A stretch of 64,000 nt of DNA from Candidatus Altimarinota bacterium (GCA_039809385.1 JBDHUY010000009.1:32347-96346), one strand, 5' to 3'. Counted from the first letter of the stretch, positions 41,010 to 51,549 are shown. Notes: generated by a model from the letters alone, not told the origin. Translations and numbers: made by a program.

Positions 41010-42311
41010 TCACTCGCTTACCTCCCGCAACGTCCCGTCAGTACCTTGCAGTAAGTACGTTGACGCTAGAGTGGGAACTTCGTGAGGCAGCATCAGGATC
41101 ATATTTTTCCCGGCGCCATACTGGCCGAAAAGCTCGACGCTGCGTTTCACTGCGTCGGAAGAAAGCGTCAGAAAATTCCGTTTAAACGGGTCTTTGATCC
41201 GATAAAGTCCATCGTCGGTTTTGCCAAAGATGGTAAACGTATGTTCGCCCACCACCATACCACGATGATCTTCCAAATTGAGACGCAGCGCTGCTCCGCC
41301 ATGCGGATTTCCGTCTCGATCAAAGAAAACTCCCTGCACGATCACCGGGACATTGAACGAGAGCGCATGATCGAGCACAGCAAGCGAAAACGGTTGTAGC
41401 TGTGCCGCGGGAGCAAACGGAAACACGACTTTTTCCAAAAAAGACCGATCCAGATGAACACCGTATCCTCCGAGCGGCCCCGCCGTAACATGAAACGCCT
41501 GCGGAACACTCACGCCGAATCCATATTCGCCCAAAAAAACCTCGCGGGGATCCAGTGTCGGGTCTTTCGTATCTCCCTGCGGGAAACGCGGGATCAGGTC
41601 GGTCCGCTCGTCGGTCACAATCCCCAGCAGTGCCAACGCATTCTGGACCGAAGCGAATTCACAGGTCAGCGTACCAGACTGAGTATACGACTCGACAGAA
41701 GACGACGGGTACAATGTTTGTCGTGCATAGGGAATCCACTCCAACCGGATCGAAAACGAAGCGCGCTCGTAGGTGCGGGTATCATCGAAAAAACGGTACG
41801 AAACAGGGATTGAAGAACGTTGCCGGTGGGTCAACGCGAGAGTACCTGCATATACCTTCAGCCCGATCAAACGGGACTGATCCGACCCCAACGGCAGTTG
41901 TTGTGCATCGAACAGCACAAAACGATCCAGAGAAGAGAGCCGGTACCACTCCATACGCCATTTCCCGTCGGAAGCAGGTTTTAGCGAACGCACCAGCCCA
42001 GACTGGTCAGCCACCAGATCGACAATGCGAATAGCATCATAGCGATTTTCAACGCCGTCCAGATGGAAGCGAAATCCCAGACGATCCTGACGGTTACTAC
42101 CAAACAGATCGTCATACGTCTGCCGGGAAATCAAAAAAGGTACTACAATATACTCATCTGCAAGCGAAAATTCATTCAGACGCAACGACAAATCGGACGG
42201 TATCTGAAAATAGCCGGACAGACCGTATACTTTGACCATACCGGTAAAAAAAAGTACCATACCCAACAATATGACGCAGATAAAACGAAAAACAGCAAAA
42301 TTTCGCACCAT
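41010..42311 (-). CDS. Secreted protein with a C-terminal C39-like peptidase domain
   Basis: Signal/TM; Q...TCEFASVQNAL (catalytic Cys), EHTFTIFG (His), YRIKDP (Asp). Confidence 0.75.
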   Translation of the reverse strand: MVRNFAVFRFICVILLGMVLFFTGMVKVYGLSGYFQIPSDLSLRLNEFSLADEYIVVPFLISRQTYDDLFGSNRQDRLGFRFHLDGVENRYDAIRIVDLVADQSGLVRSLKPASDGKWRMEWYRLSSLDRFVLFDAQQLPLGSDQSRLIGLKVYAGTLALTHRQRSSIPVSYRFFDDTRTYERASFSIRLEWIPYARQTLYPSSSVESYTQSGTLTCEFASVQNALALLGIVTDERTDLIPRFPQGDTKDPTLDPREVFLGEYGFGVSVPQAFHVTAGPLGGYGVHLDRSFLEKVVFPFAPAAQLQPFSLAVLDHALSFNVPVIVQGVFFDRDGNPHGGAALRLNLEDHRGMVVGEHTFTIFGKTDDGLYRIKDPFKRNFLTLSSDAVKRSVELFGQYGAGKNMILMLPHEVPTLASTYLLQGTDGTLREVSE

Positions 42312-42606
42312 AGAGAAAGATCGAGACAGAACGGAAGACTAAAATACCGTGGACGTATTCGGATCATAGCATATTTTTTTAAAAAAAGTCCCGGATTTGA
42401 CCATACCGTTACGTCTCGGAAATTTGTAAAGTTGGCAGTACCGCGTTCAAACAGGCCGTCTTTCACCAGTCATTACGCATCATTGGCGGAAACCGTTAAA
42501 AAATTTGCAAAATTGTATTGAAGTTTATTATACTTTGTTCCGGTCAGGATATATTTTTATCTATGGAAAGGTAAATAATAAAGCTTTTCTTTCTCTGCAA
42601 GAATAA

Positions 42607-44973
42607 ATGAAAATATCCATCATCTGCGGCGGCCCCTCGTTGGAAAGAGGGATTTCACTCAATTCGGCCCGGTCGGTGCTGGACCATCTCCAGCGTACCG
42701 GGATCGAGATAGTCCCCTTTTACCTGGACCATAGCAAAAACGCTTATGCCATTTCGACGGCACAGCTATACTCCAACACACCGTCCGATTTTGATTTTAA
42801 ACTTCGACTGACTGCCAAACCGTTGAATAAAGCCGGTTTTGTCAAAGCGCTCAAAGAGACCGATCTGTGTTTTCCGGCAATGCATGGTTTTTTCGGAGAA
42901 GACGGCGGCATTCAGCATTTTCTCGAACAGAACCGGATTCCGTTCGTCGGTTCCGGGAGCGTCGCTTGTAAAAAAGCTTTCGACAAATTCGCGGCAAACG
43001 AATATATTCGCTCGCAGGGCTTTTTTACGCTTCCGTCCGCACTGCTGAAAATTTACCATTCCGACCATAAAAAAATTCTAAGCGATTTCTTTCGCAAACA
43101 CCGCGTCACGCGGGCTGTTGTCAAACCGGCCAGCGGGGGCTCGAGTATCGGAGTATTTTCGGTATCTACCGTGGAGGAGGCTTTGGAAAAGGCCCAGCTT
43201 CTTTTTTCCAAACGCATGGATACCCGTCTGGTCGTAGAACCGTTCGCTACCGGCACCGAATTTACGGTGATCGTCCTGGAGAATCGTTTTGGCATGCCGG
43301 TAGCGCTCACCCCGACCGAGATTGAAACCGACTACACCGAGCACCAGATTTTCGATTTTCGAAAAAAATATCTGCCGACCCGACAGGTGATCTGGCACTG
43401 CCCGCCGCGTTTTGACAATCGTACTATAGACATTATTCAAACCCAGGCCGAACAATTGTTCAAACTCCTGGGTATGCGAGATTTCGGCCGGTTCGACGGT
43501 TGGGTATTACCGGACGGGAAGGTGTGGTTTTGCGATTTCAACATGATCAGCGGCATGGAACAAAACAGTTTTTTGTTTCAACAGGCCTCCCGGATCGGCA
43601 TGACACACCAAAACGTCCTGAACCATATCGTAGAAAACGCCTGCCGCCGCTATGGTATCGTTTTTCCGCAATCCGTGAAAAATAAGCATGGAAGACGCAA
43701 GGAAGTATATGTGCTTTTCGGCGGCGGAAATTCGGAACGACAGGTATCTCTCATGAGCGGCAGCAACGTTTGGCTGAAGCTGAGAAACTCCGCAAAATAC
43801 AAACCGATTCCGCATCTGCTGGACCGGCACGGAACGGTATGGAAACTCCCCTATCAGCTCATCCTGAATCATACGGTGGAAGAGATTACCGAAAACTGTC
43901 TCGGCTATGAGAGCGCCAAACAGCGGCTGGATGATTTCGAAAACCGGGCCCGGCTACGCCTGGGGCTTTGGGAAGGCAAAGACGAACAGGAATTCTTCGC
44001 TCCTCAAAAGATGGATATGGAGACCTTCCTGTCTCACGCTCCCTTTGTATTTTTGGCGCTGCACGGCGGCAAGGGCGAAAACGGCGAGATGCAAGCGATA
44101 CTGGAAAGGAAGAAGATCGGATTTAACGGTTCCGGATCGGCAACATCACGACTTTGCATGGATAAATGGGAAACGTCGCGACACATAGAAACACTCGGTA
44201 TTCCTGGAGTTTCCGCCATTGCCGGAGAACTGCTGAAAACTGCTGCATTTATCGATCTGAGCGTCGGAGAGGTCGCGAATTTATGGCATCGTCTAAAACG
44301 AGATCTCGCAACCAAGACGTTGATCATAAAACCCCGGGCGGACGGATGCTCTACCGGGGTTGTCCGAATACAAACCGCCGCCGATCTGCTCGCTTACCAA
44401 AGACTATTGCAGATAAAAGCCCCTTTTGCGCCGCGCCATACGTTTCGGAATCAATCCGAAATGATCGAAATGCCGACGGTTCGACCTGAAGAACTGGTAT
44501 GCGAACGGTTTATCGAAACAGACGGACTGCGGGTAAGGGGCCATACACTGAAAGAAACAAATCGCTCGGGCTGGATCGAAGTGACCGTGGGAGTACTCGA
44601 AGAAAAAGGCATAATCCGGGCGCTGCATCCCAGTATAACGGTGGCGGAAGGCGAAGTTTTGAGTGTCGAAGAAAAATTCCAAGGAGGGACCGGCGTCAAC
44701 ATTACCCCCCCGCCCAACACAATCGTTGCCCCCAAAGCACTGGCAAAAGCGATGCACAACGTGGGGCTGATTGCAAAAAAGATGGGCATCGGCGGCTATG
44801 CGCGCATTGACGCTTTTCTGGAGCGAATAACCGGAGATCTGCTCGTCATCGAGATCAACACGCTTCCGGCCCTGACCCCTTCCACGGTTCTGTACCATCA
44901 AGGCTTGGCTGAGAAAAAAACGCTCTTCCCGGGAGATTTCATTGAACAGTTAATCGAGAATAAAGGATATTGA
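42607..44973 (+). CDS. ddl: D-alanine--D-alanine ligase, tandem two-domain form
   Basis: Two complete Ddl units: GGPSLERGISLNS/HGFFGEDG/KPASGGSSIG/RFDG and GGGNSERQVSLMS/LHGGKGENG/KPRADGCSTG/ARID...EINTLP. Confidence 0.88.
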   Translation: MKISIICGGPSLERGISLNSARSVLDHLQRTGIEIVPFYLDHSKNAYAISTAQLYSNTPSDFDFKLRLTAKPLNKAGFVKALKETDLCFPAMHGFFGEDGGIQHFLEQNRIPFVGSGSVACKKAFDKFAANEYIRSQGFFTLPSALLKIYHSDHKKILSDFFRKHRVTRAVVKPASGGSSIGVFSVSTVEEALEKAQLLFSKRMDTRLVVEPFATGTEFTVIVLENRFGMPVALTPTEIETDYTEHQIFDFRKKYLPTRQVIWHCPPRFDNRTIDIIQTQAEQLFKLLGMRDFGRFDGWVLPDGKVWFCDFNMISGMEQNSFLFQQASRIGMTHQNVLNHIVENACRRYGIVFPQSVKNKHGRRKEVYVLFGGGNSERQVSLMSGSNVWLKLRNSAKYKPIPHLLDRHGTVWKLPYQLILNHTVEEITENCLGYESAKQRLDDFENRARLRLGLWEGKDEQEFFAPQKMDMETFLSHAPFVFLALHGGKGENGEMQAILERKKIGFNGSGSATSRLCMDKWETSRHIETLGIPGVSAIAGELLKTAAFIDLSVGEVANLWHRLKRDLATKTLIIKPRADGCSTGVVRIQTAADLLAYQRLLQIKAPFAPRHTFRNQSEMIEMPTVRPEELVCERFIETDGLRVRGHTLKETNRSGWIEVTVGVLEEKGIIRALHPSITVAEGEVLSVEEKFQGGTGVNITPPPNTIVAPKALAKAMHNVGLIAKKMGIGGYARIDAFLERITGDLLVIEINTLPALTPSTVLYHQGLAEKKTLFPGDFIEQLIENKGY

Positions 44974-45044
44974 GTTGTAAGGGGACACGTGGACATAGAA
45001 TAAGCAATCCCCCTTTGTTTTAGTTGAACGCTGTTTGCCCCGAA

Positions 45045-45108
45045 GAGGCCCCCTTTGGGGCCGACTACACCGTTTTTCTCCGGGGCAGACACAGGGGTCT
45101 GCGGCTAC
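45045..45108 (-). repeat. Two tandem GTAG-headed REP-like palindromes
   Basis: Reverse complements GTAGtcggccccaaagggggcctc (45045-45068) and GTAGccgcagacccctgtgtctgcccc (45082-45108). Confidence 0.6.
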
Positions 45109-45111
45109 TAG

Positions 45112-46107
45112 TTACGATTCGTTCATCCACTGCCGTACCTCCGGTACATTCGGAAAGGCACCGCTGCGTTCGTCAAAATAGAGCAGTCCGAGATCTGCAT
45201 CGATAAAATGCTGATCGGTCACATTCTCGGGAACCACCAGAAGTCCCTTAACCAGAATCGCCTCGCCCTGCATGACACGGTAGATATTCATATAATGCCG
45301 CAATTCGGACACAGCAATCGCAAGAGTGTCGACCGTCACGGTCAGACGCACTTCGATCAAATAGTGAACAGCTCCGTCCTGCAGTACGGCATCGATCACG
45401 TGTCGCGGACGGCCCCGGTAAAAGAGACGCAAGTCTTGGATAATCTTTCCGCCGAAGGGCTGCTGCTGCTCGAGAATTTCAAGTACGCGGTCGCGCAGAT
45501 CCACCGTGCGATTTACCAACGTATCGAAGGCTTCGGCTGATTCCATGCCCGCATCAATGGCTTCCTGTAAATTAGCTATACCGCTTATTTGTGAAGCAGC
45601 CGGAGATTCCGGCGCCGATGCGGTTGTTTCATCCCTTGTTCGGGACGAAAAAGGTTTTTTGGAACGAAAATGACTGAATTGTTGCGATTTTAAGCGTTCC
45701 GGTGACGTCGTTTTAGAAGTATTTGATGCTGTGCCTTCTTCGGTGGTCTGCGCTTGTTCTTCCTGAACTTGGCGTCGAACTTTGGCTTTCACATCCTGAG
45801 GACGGGCTTTTTCCACTTTCCACCAGCTGCGATTCCAAAAAATGGAAGCCAAGTCGAGCAGAAATTGTAAATTGGTGACCAGCGTCGCAATGATAAATAC
45901 CGCCAGACCGTAGACAACTACATTATTGGCCAGCAGGGCCAGAAAAACGACAAGAAAAGTTCCAAACAACTTCCAAACCGATTCATTTTGTAAATCTTTG
46001 CGAAAAACCGCTACCATAACAATCGCAGCTGCCACCAAAAAAGACAGCAATGCTAAAACGAGAACCAGTTGATCGCGCTGAGTGAAAAAAATCAGGAAAT
46101 CGTTCAT
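45112..46107 (-). CDS. Membrane protein with a possible C-terminal PD-(D/E)xK nuclease-like domain
   Basis: About 3 N-terminal TM helices; IDAVLQDGAVHYLIEVR...ELRHY...GLLVVP. Confidence 0.6.
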   Translation of the reverse strand: MNDFLIFFTQRDQLVLVLALLSFLVAAAIVMVAVFRKDLQNESVWKLFGTFLVVFLALLANNVVVYGLAVFIIATLVTNLQFLLDLASIFWNRSWWKVEKARPQDVKAKVRRQVQEEQAQTTEEGTASNTSKTTSPERLKSQQFSHFRSKKPFSSRTRDETTASAPESPAASQISGIANLQEAIDAGMESAEAFDTLVNRTVDLRDRVLEILEQQQPFGGKIIQDLRLFYRGRPRHVIDAVLQDGAVHYLIEVRLTVTVDTLAIAVSELRHYMNIYRVMQGEAILVKGLLVVPENVTDQHFIDADLGLLYFDERSGAFPNVPEVRQWMNES

Positions 46108-46398
46108 CGGAATAAAGGTAAAGTTACATCTTATACTCCTTAACTTTCAATCTGATACTATAGCACTACGAAGCATTTCATAATAACTACCCTATAGCAA
46201 GATTATTTCCAGCTTCGTAGTATTAGTTCCTAATTTTTTCTCAAATAAATTTGGCAATTGACCTGATGTTGTTATACTTACTTTAGTTCTATTTTTTTCA
46301 GTAGTTGTCTTATGGATAGGTGAATAATATTGGGTCGAATACAAATCATTTTTGACATTGAACCTATTCATATTATATAAATATCCTCCATACATTGT

Positions 46399-46878
46399 AT
46401 GGAAATTACTCGCACTCTGGAATTCGATGCTGGTCACAGAATTCCAAATCATAGCAGTAAGTGTCGTAATATTCACGGACACCGGTTTAAATGTGAGCTA
46501 ACACTGGAAGGAGACCTAATAGAAACCTGTGGGGTATCGAATGAAGGTATGGTTCTAGACTTTGCAGATATCAAAAGCATTGCCAACAATCTCATCGACA
46601 ATGAATTAGATCATTCATTTATCGCGTTCGAAAAGGACGAAAGAGTTGTCCAATTTATCGAAAGCGAAAAGCTGAAACTGGTCAAGATGCCGTCTATACC
46701 GACCGCAGAGAACATAGCGAAGTACCTCTTCGATCGCCTGGAGCCTCTATTCAAAGATCGGTACGAGAACGAATTACGATTAAAACAAATCAAGCTATAC
46801 GAGACGCCTAACGCATATGTTGTTTACCAAAGAAACATTTATAATGGTTCCCTAAAATCGGACAGTGGGATAAGGTAA
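46399..46878 (+). CDS. queD: 6-carboxy-5,6,7,8-tetrahydropterin synthase QueD; last 12 aa derived from the IS3 end
   Basis: EFDAGHRIPNHSSKCRNIHGH, GMVLDF, LDH, PTAENIA, LYETP. Confidence 0.93.
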   Translation: MEITRTLEFDAGHRIPNHSSKCRNIHGHRFKCELTLEGDLIETCGVSNEGMVLDFADIKSIANNLIDNELDHSFIAFEKDERVVQFIESEKLKLVKMPSIPTAENIAKYLFDRLEPLFKDRYENELRLKQIKLYETPNAYVVYQRNIYNGSLKSDSGIR

Positions 46879-46907
46879 AATAAGTTAAACTTTACCCCCC
46901 TGAAAAT

Positions 46908-48021
46908 ATGGAGACCAAACGAAGACAACATAGCGCAGAATTCAAGGCTAGAGTCGCTCTAGATGCATTGACGGGCCAACATACACTCGCTGAACTTGCA
47001 GCGAAATACCAGGTTCATGCGATTCAAATTTCAAAATGGAAAACTGAAATGGCCAAGGAAGCCCCAAAGATTTTTGCCAGGCGCAAAGATCGGGAATCTG
47101 AAGAGAAAGACCACTTGATTGAAGATCTGTATTGGAAAGTTGGCAAAGCCGAGATGGAAGTCGAGTGGCTTAAAAAAAAAGTTGTGTAAAAAATCTTCTG
47201 AAAAAATTCCGCTCCTTGAAAAAGATCACCCGCATATTTCTCTCAAGCGCCAATGTGAGCTTCTGGGAATGGCCAGATCAACGGCATATTATCAAAAACA
47301 CCCTGAGCCTGATGATGAAGCGTTATTAAAGGCTTTGGACGAGATCTATACCTCCTGCCCGTTCTATGGAAAACGAAAGATGGTGTGGGAACTGAGGCGC
47401 AAGGGATGTTGGATCGGCATCAAGAAAGTTCGCAGGCTCATGAGGAAACTTGGACTCATCTCGATCTATCGAAAACCCAAGACATCAGAACAAAATCCAT
47501 TCCATCGAAAATATCCGTATCTCCTGGGAGGAGTGAAAATCAACCGCACCAATCAAGTCTGGGGAACGGATATCACGTTCATACGTATGCAGCAGGGCTG
47601 GGTGTATCTGGTGGCAATTCTGGACTGGTACTCACGGTATGTCCTAGGGTTCAGAATATCGATCACGATGGAGAAAGAGTTTTGCATTGAAGCACTGGAG
47701 GAAAGTCTCAAGAAAGCGCACCCTGAAATCTTCAACAGCGATCAGGGATCACAGTTCACGAGTCACGAATTCACCGAAAAACTCGAGGAGCACGGAATCC
47801 GTATCAGCATGGACGGCCGCGGCAGATGCTTGGACAACATCTTCACGGAACGGCTCTGGAAAAGTGTGAAATACGAGGAAGTGTATCTCAAAAGCTATGG
47901 TACAGTACAAGAAGCGCGGGACGGACTGAGTGCCTACTTCGACTTCTACAACAACCGACGACCACACCAATCACTCAACTACAAAACCCCCGCAGAAATC
48001 TACTTCAATTTATTAACTTAA
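46908..48021 (+). CDS. IS3-family transposase OrfA/OrfB with programmed -1 frameshift
   Basis: OrfA HTH (HSAEFKARVAL); A9G slippery site at 47172-47181; OrfB DDE domain (WGTDITF, NSDQGSQF, DNIFTERLWKSVKYE). Confidence 0.93.
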
Positions 48022-48030
48022 TTTCCCTAA

Positions 48031-48924
48031 GAGCCTGTTCAAGATTTTTATTTGAATAATATAATTGCTCAATTGGTATGATATATGTTAAGAAAGAGGT
48101 ATAAATAACCTTTTTTTATACGCATGGCAAAGCAATATCCCAGTGACATCAGTTTGGAGCAATTTGACCGCATACGTGAGATACTGGAAGGAGCCAGAAA
48201 AAGAACAAAGCCTCGGGAGGTAGATCTCTATGAAGTGTTTAATGGTGTGTTATATATTCTGAAAAGTGGTTGTCAGTGGAGAATGCTGCCGAGTGAATAT
48301 CCCAAATGGAGAACGGTACACGAGTACTTTCTGATCTGGAGCAAAGTAACATCTGAAACGAAAACAAGCCTCCTGGAAGAGGTATTAAAAAAAATTGGTT
48401 GGAGAGGAGCGACAAAAACAGGGGCGCAAAGAGAAGACGAGCTTCGTCATAGTAGACGCACAGAGCGTGAAAAACACGGATACAGCCAAGGAGAAGGGCT
48501 ATGATGCGGGCAAGAAGGTTTCGGGCATTAAGCGCCATATCGCGGTAGATACGCAAGGGCTGCCACATGCTCTTTATGTGAGCACTGCCGATGTTACCGA
48601 TAGACAGGGAGCCTTGATGGCTTTTCAGTCTCACAAAGAAAATCTTGCCGATGTAAAGAACGTGCTGGCAGATGGTGGCTATAGCGGTGAAGATTTTGCA
48701 ACACAGGTCCGTGCAATACTGGAAGCAACGGTTGAAATTGCCAAAAGGAGTGACTTACATAAATTTGTTGTTATCCCTAAAAGATGGGTGGTGGAACGCT
48801 CCTTCGCCTGGGTCGAAAAGTGTCGCCGTTTATGGAAAAATTGTGAACGACTCTTAAACTCCAGCCTCAACATGCTTTGTCTTGCTTTTATCTCTCTTCT
48901 ACTGAGAAAATCTTGAACAGGTTC
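48031..48924 (+). mobile_element. IS5-family (IS1031-like) insertion sequence
   Basis: IRs GAGCCTGTTCAAGATTTT / AAAATCTTGAACAGGTTC; TAA duplicated at 48028-30 and 48925-27. Confidence 0.92.
48124..48916 (+). CDS. IS5-family transposase (two frames joined at an A8 run)
   Basis: YPSD...GCQWRMLP; IVDAQSVK, KRHIAVDTQG, LADGGYSG, KRWVVERSFAW; A8 at 48387-48394. Confidence 0.92.
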
Positions 48925-48973
48925 TAAAAAATTGTCTGGACAAAGGGGACCACTATAATTTAATGTTGACTTT

Positions 48974-49558
48974 ATGAAATATAACAAGAAAAAAATGCTG
49001 AGTTCTGTAGAATTATTTCTACAATGCTTCGAACTGGACTATAAAAAGGACCCGAACTTAAGAGAGACGCCTCAAAGAGTGACAAGAATGTATGAGGAGC
49101 TCTTGGAAGGTTATTTCATAGACCCCAAACAGTTTCTAAAAACGTTTCCCATAAAAAACAGTGATCTTGTGTCCTTAACGAATATTCCCTTCTTCAGTCT
49201 TTGCTCACATCATATTATTCCCTTTTTCGGTAAGATCCATATCGGGTACATTCCGAATGGAAGGGTGGTAGGCATTTCAAAACTCATTCGTTTTGCTCGC
49301 GTATTTACAAAACGACTAAACTTACAGGAGGAGCTGACAGAGAATATCGCAAATATACTACTCGAACATCTTAAACCACAGGGCATTATTGTTAAGATTG
49401 AAGCCCACCATCTCTGTATGTCTATTCGTGGAGTACAAAGCCATAATACTGTTATGACCACTGTGGCCAAAAGGGGAAACTTCGCAAATGATAAAGAAAT
49501 AGTTGAAGAGTTCTACAGGACAATACGACACGACAGTAACTCTCTATTTACTTACTAA
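48974..49558 (+). CDS. folE: GTP cyclohydrolase I
   Basis: ETPQRV, SLCSHHIIPF, YIP...GISKL.R, LQEELT, HLCMSIRGV. Confidence 0.95.
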   Translation: MKYNKKKMLSSVELFLQCFELDYKKDPNLRETPQRVTRMYEELLEGYFIDPKQFLKTFPIKNSDLVSLTNIPFFSLCSHHIIPFFGKIHIGYIPNGRVVGISKLIRFARVFTKRLNLQEELTENIANILLEHLKPQGIIVKIEAHHLCMSIRGVQSHNTVMTTVAKRGNFANDKEIVEEFYRTIRHDSNSLFTY

Positions 49559-49644
49559 ATGCGATTGGATTGCTCAATTGATCTCGCTCTGAAATCTAGG
49601 TCCAACGATACTCTATAGTGGGTCCTCGCATAACCTCATATCTC

Positions 49645-50766
49645 ATGAAAAAAAATCCCGATGATACTCCTGATGACACGCCAGAAGGCTTAATGGAAGA
49701 GATTAAGCATCTGCGTGGGGATCGCACGTTTGGGAAAAAATTGCAAGATAGAAGCCGCAGGAGAAAACGCTTTGACAATAAGAAGGAGTTTGATCGATCA
49801 AGAAAGAAAATTCCAGAAAGCCAGGTCAGTCATCCACCGGATCCTGTAGAACCCTCTGACGAAAATGGGTATACTGAAAAAACTGAACTCCAGACAAACA
49901 AGGATGAACTAGATCAGCATCTCTTAATTGACCCGGCAGCAATAACCTCCCTCGTTGACGCAGCAAGGATTTCCTCAAGGGATAATATTCTGGAGATTGG
50001 CCCCGGAAGCGGGAATATAACGAAGGAACTTCTTGATGTATGCCGAAAAGTTAGAGCATCTCTCATAACGATTGAAATTGACACTAGATTCAAAGCCTTG
50101 TTAGAAGAGATTGATAGGACCGGGGATATAACTATGTATTGGGGAGATGCCATTGAACTGCTACCAATGGTAGCACGTAAGCATAAAATCACTAAGATAG
50201 TCGCAAACATACCATTTTCAATACTAGAGCCCTTATTAGTAGGTATTCATATAAATCGGTCCATAAGATCAGTAGCGCTTGTCGTAGGCAAACGATATGC
50301 AGACCGGGCTACGGCTGACTTTAAGGATGAAGATACCGATTCAGAACCTTTTTCTGTCACTTCCTTGTTAAGTCAGGCTAGATTTAAGCCAAATTTCATT
50401 GGTGATGTTCCAGCGGAAAGTTTTAATCCAAGACCGAGAACAGGCGGAGCAATTCTTACTTTAGAAGAAAAAACAGGACGCGATTATTTAACCGCCCTTG
50501 CAGATTGGGTTGTAAAAAAACCGAATATGACCGTAAGGAATTTACTTCGAAACATGTTTGCCGATAAGTACAGCAATAAAACACTACGATCCCTGCGTTA
50601 TAGAGATAGTCAAACCGCATTAGATGAAATAGATGCAGCCCGAGAGGAGCGGCCATCCGCTTTGGAAAATGAACTCGGAAAAATTCAAATCTCTAAACTT
50701 TCCAATGACCAGCTACGCCGACTGCTTAATTTTATTGACCTTACGATGAAAAAACGCAAGAAATGA
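49645..50766 (+). CDS. KsgA/Erm-like SAM-dependent adenine methyltransferase
   Basis: DQHLLID, LEIGPGSG, IEID, GDA, VANIPF and SFNPRP motifs; charged N-terminal extension. Confidence 0.8.
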   Translation: MKKNPDDTPDDTPEGLMEEIKHLRGDRTFGKKLQDRSRRRKRFDNKKEFDRSRKKIPESQVSHPPDPVEPSDENGYTEKTELQTNKDELDQHLLIDPAAITSLVDAARISSRDNILEIGPGSGNITKELLDVCRKVRASLITIEIDTRFKALLEEIDRTGDITMYWGDAIELLPMVARKHKITKIVANIPFSILEPLLVGIHINRSIRSVALVVGKRYADRATADFKDEDTDSEPFSVTSLLSQARFKPNFIGDVPAESFNPRPRTGGAILTLEEKTGRDYLTALADWVVKKPNMTVRNLLRNMFADKYSNKTLRSLRYRDSQTALDEIDAAREERPSALENELGKIQISKLSNDQLRRLLNFIDLTMKKRKK

Positions 50767-50778
50767 TGATGTTATACT

Positions 50779-51549
50779 ATGAATGAAGTACTTGGCACCT
50801 TCAAAAATCAGTTGAACACACTCGCCGTATCGGGAGACCGTGTTTTTTTTACAGAACAAGGTGAGGGGTTAACAGCCGGAATGCCTGCCGTATTTCTGAG
50901 ATTACACTATTGTAATTTAAATTGCAGGTGGTGTGACACACCTTACACTTGGAATAAAAACATGCCAGAGTTTCATTCTGAAAGAGAACAATGGTCTCTT
51001 GAAGAAACCAGTCGTAACATTCATGAAAGCTGGCGGAATGGCATAACAACCTATCCCAACAGGAGTGCTGTCCCACGACTCGTTATTTCTGGCGGAGAAC
51101 CTCTGTTACAGCATAAAAGAATTGCCGAGCTTATTCGCCGCCCAGAGTTCAGAGGGTGGGAAATAGAAATTGAGACCAATGGGACTATATTGGTACCCGG
51201 AGACTTTCCCAAAGAAGTACAGTTCAACTGCTCACCCAAGCTAAGCAACTCTGGAATACCCGCTGAACGAAGAATCCGTAGAGAGGTCTTACAAAGTATG
51301 GCTGAAAATAATAATGTGGTTTTTAAATTTGTTGTCGAAACTATAGCGGATATTGATGAAATATTACGGGATTATCTTCCCATTATTCCGGACCTCCCTC
51401 GAAACCGCATTTATATCATGCCTCAGGGAACGAATGTAGAATCAATTGACACAATACGAGAAAACATGCGAATGCGAGTCGAAAAAGAAGGTTTTGTCCT
51501 GGGTGACCGACAGCACATTCGAAAACATGGAAATAAGCGAAGAACTTGA
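50779..51549 (+). CDS. queE: 7-carboxy-7-deazaguanine synthase QueE (radical SAM)
   Basis: QGEG..G.PAVFLRL..CNLNCRWCDT, ISGGEPLLQ, IETNG, CSPKL, KFVV, IMPQG. Confidence 0.93.
   Translation: MNEVLGTFKNQLNTLAVSGDRVFFTEQGEGLTAGMPAVFLRLHYCNLNCRWCDTPYTWNKNMPEFHSEREQWSLEETSRNIHESWRNGITTYPNRSAVPRLVISGGEPLLQHKRIAELIRRPEFRGWEIEIETNGTILVPGDFPKEVQFNCSPKLSNSGIPAERRIRREVLQSMAENNNVVFKFVVETIADIDEILRDYLPIIPDLPRNRIYIMPQGTNVESIDTIRENMRMRVEKEGFVLGDRQHIRKHGNKRRT

Larger units (their letters stand above)
46840..48957 (+). mobile_element. IS3-family insertion sequence carrying a nested IS5
   Basis: Imperfect IRs TATAATGGTTCCCT (46840) and rc TATAGTGGTCCCCT (48957); ATT target duplication at 46837-39 and 48958-60. 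Confidence 0.9.

Noticed and set aside
46192-46482. 96-aa minus-strand ORF at the island's left edge
   Set aside because: Overlaps the queD start and lies in very AT-rich promoter-like DNA; no att site or integrase was found to define the island end.
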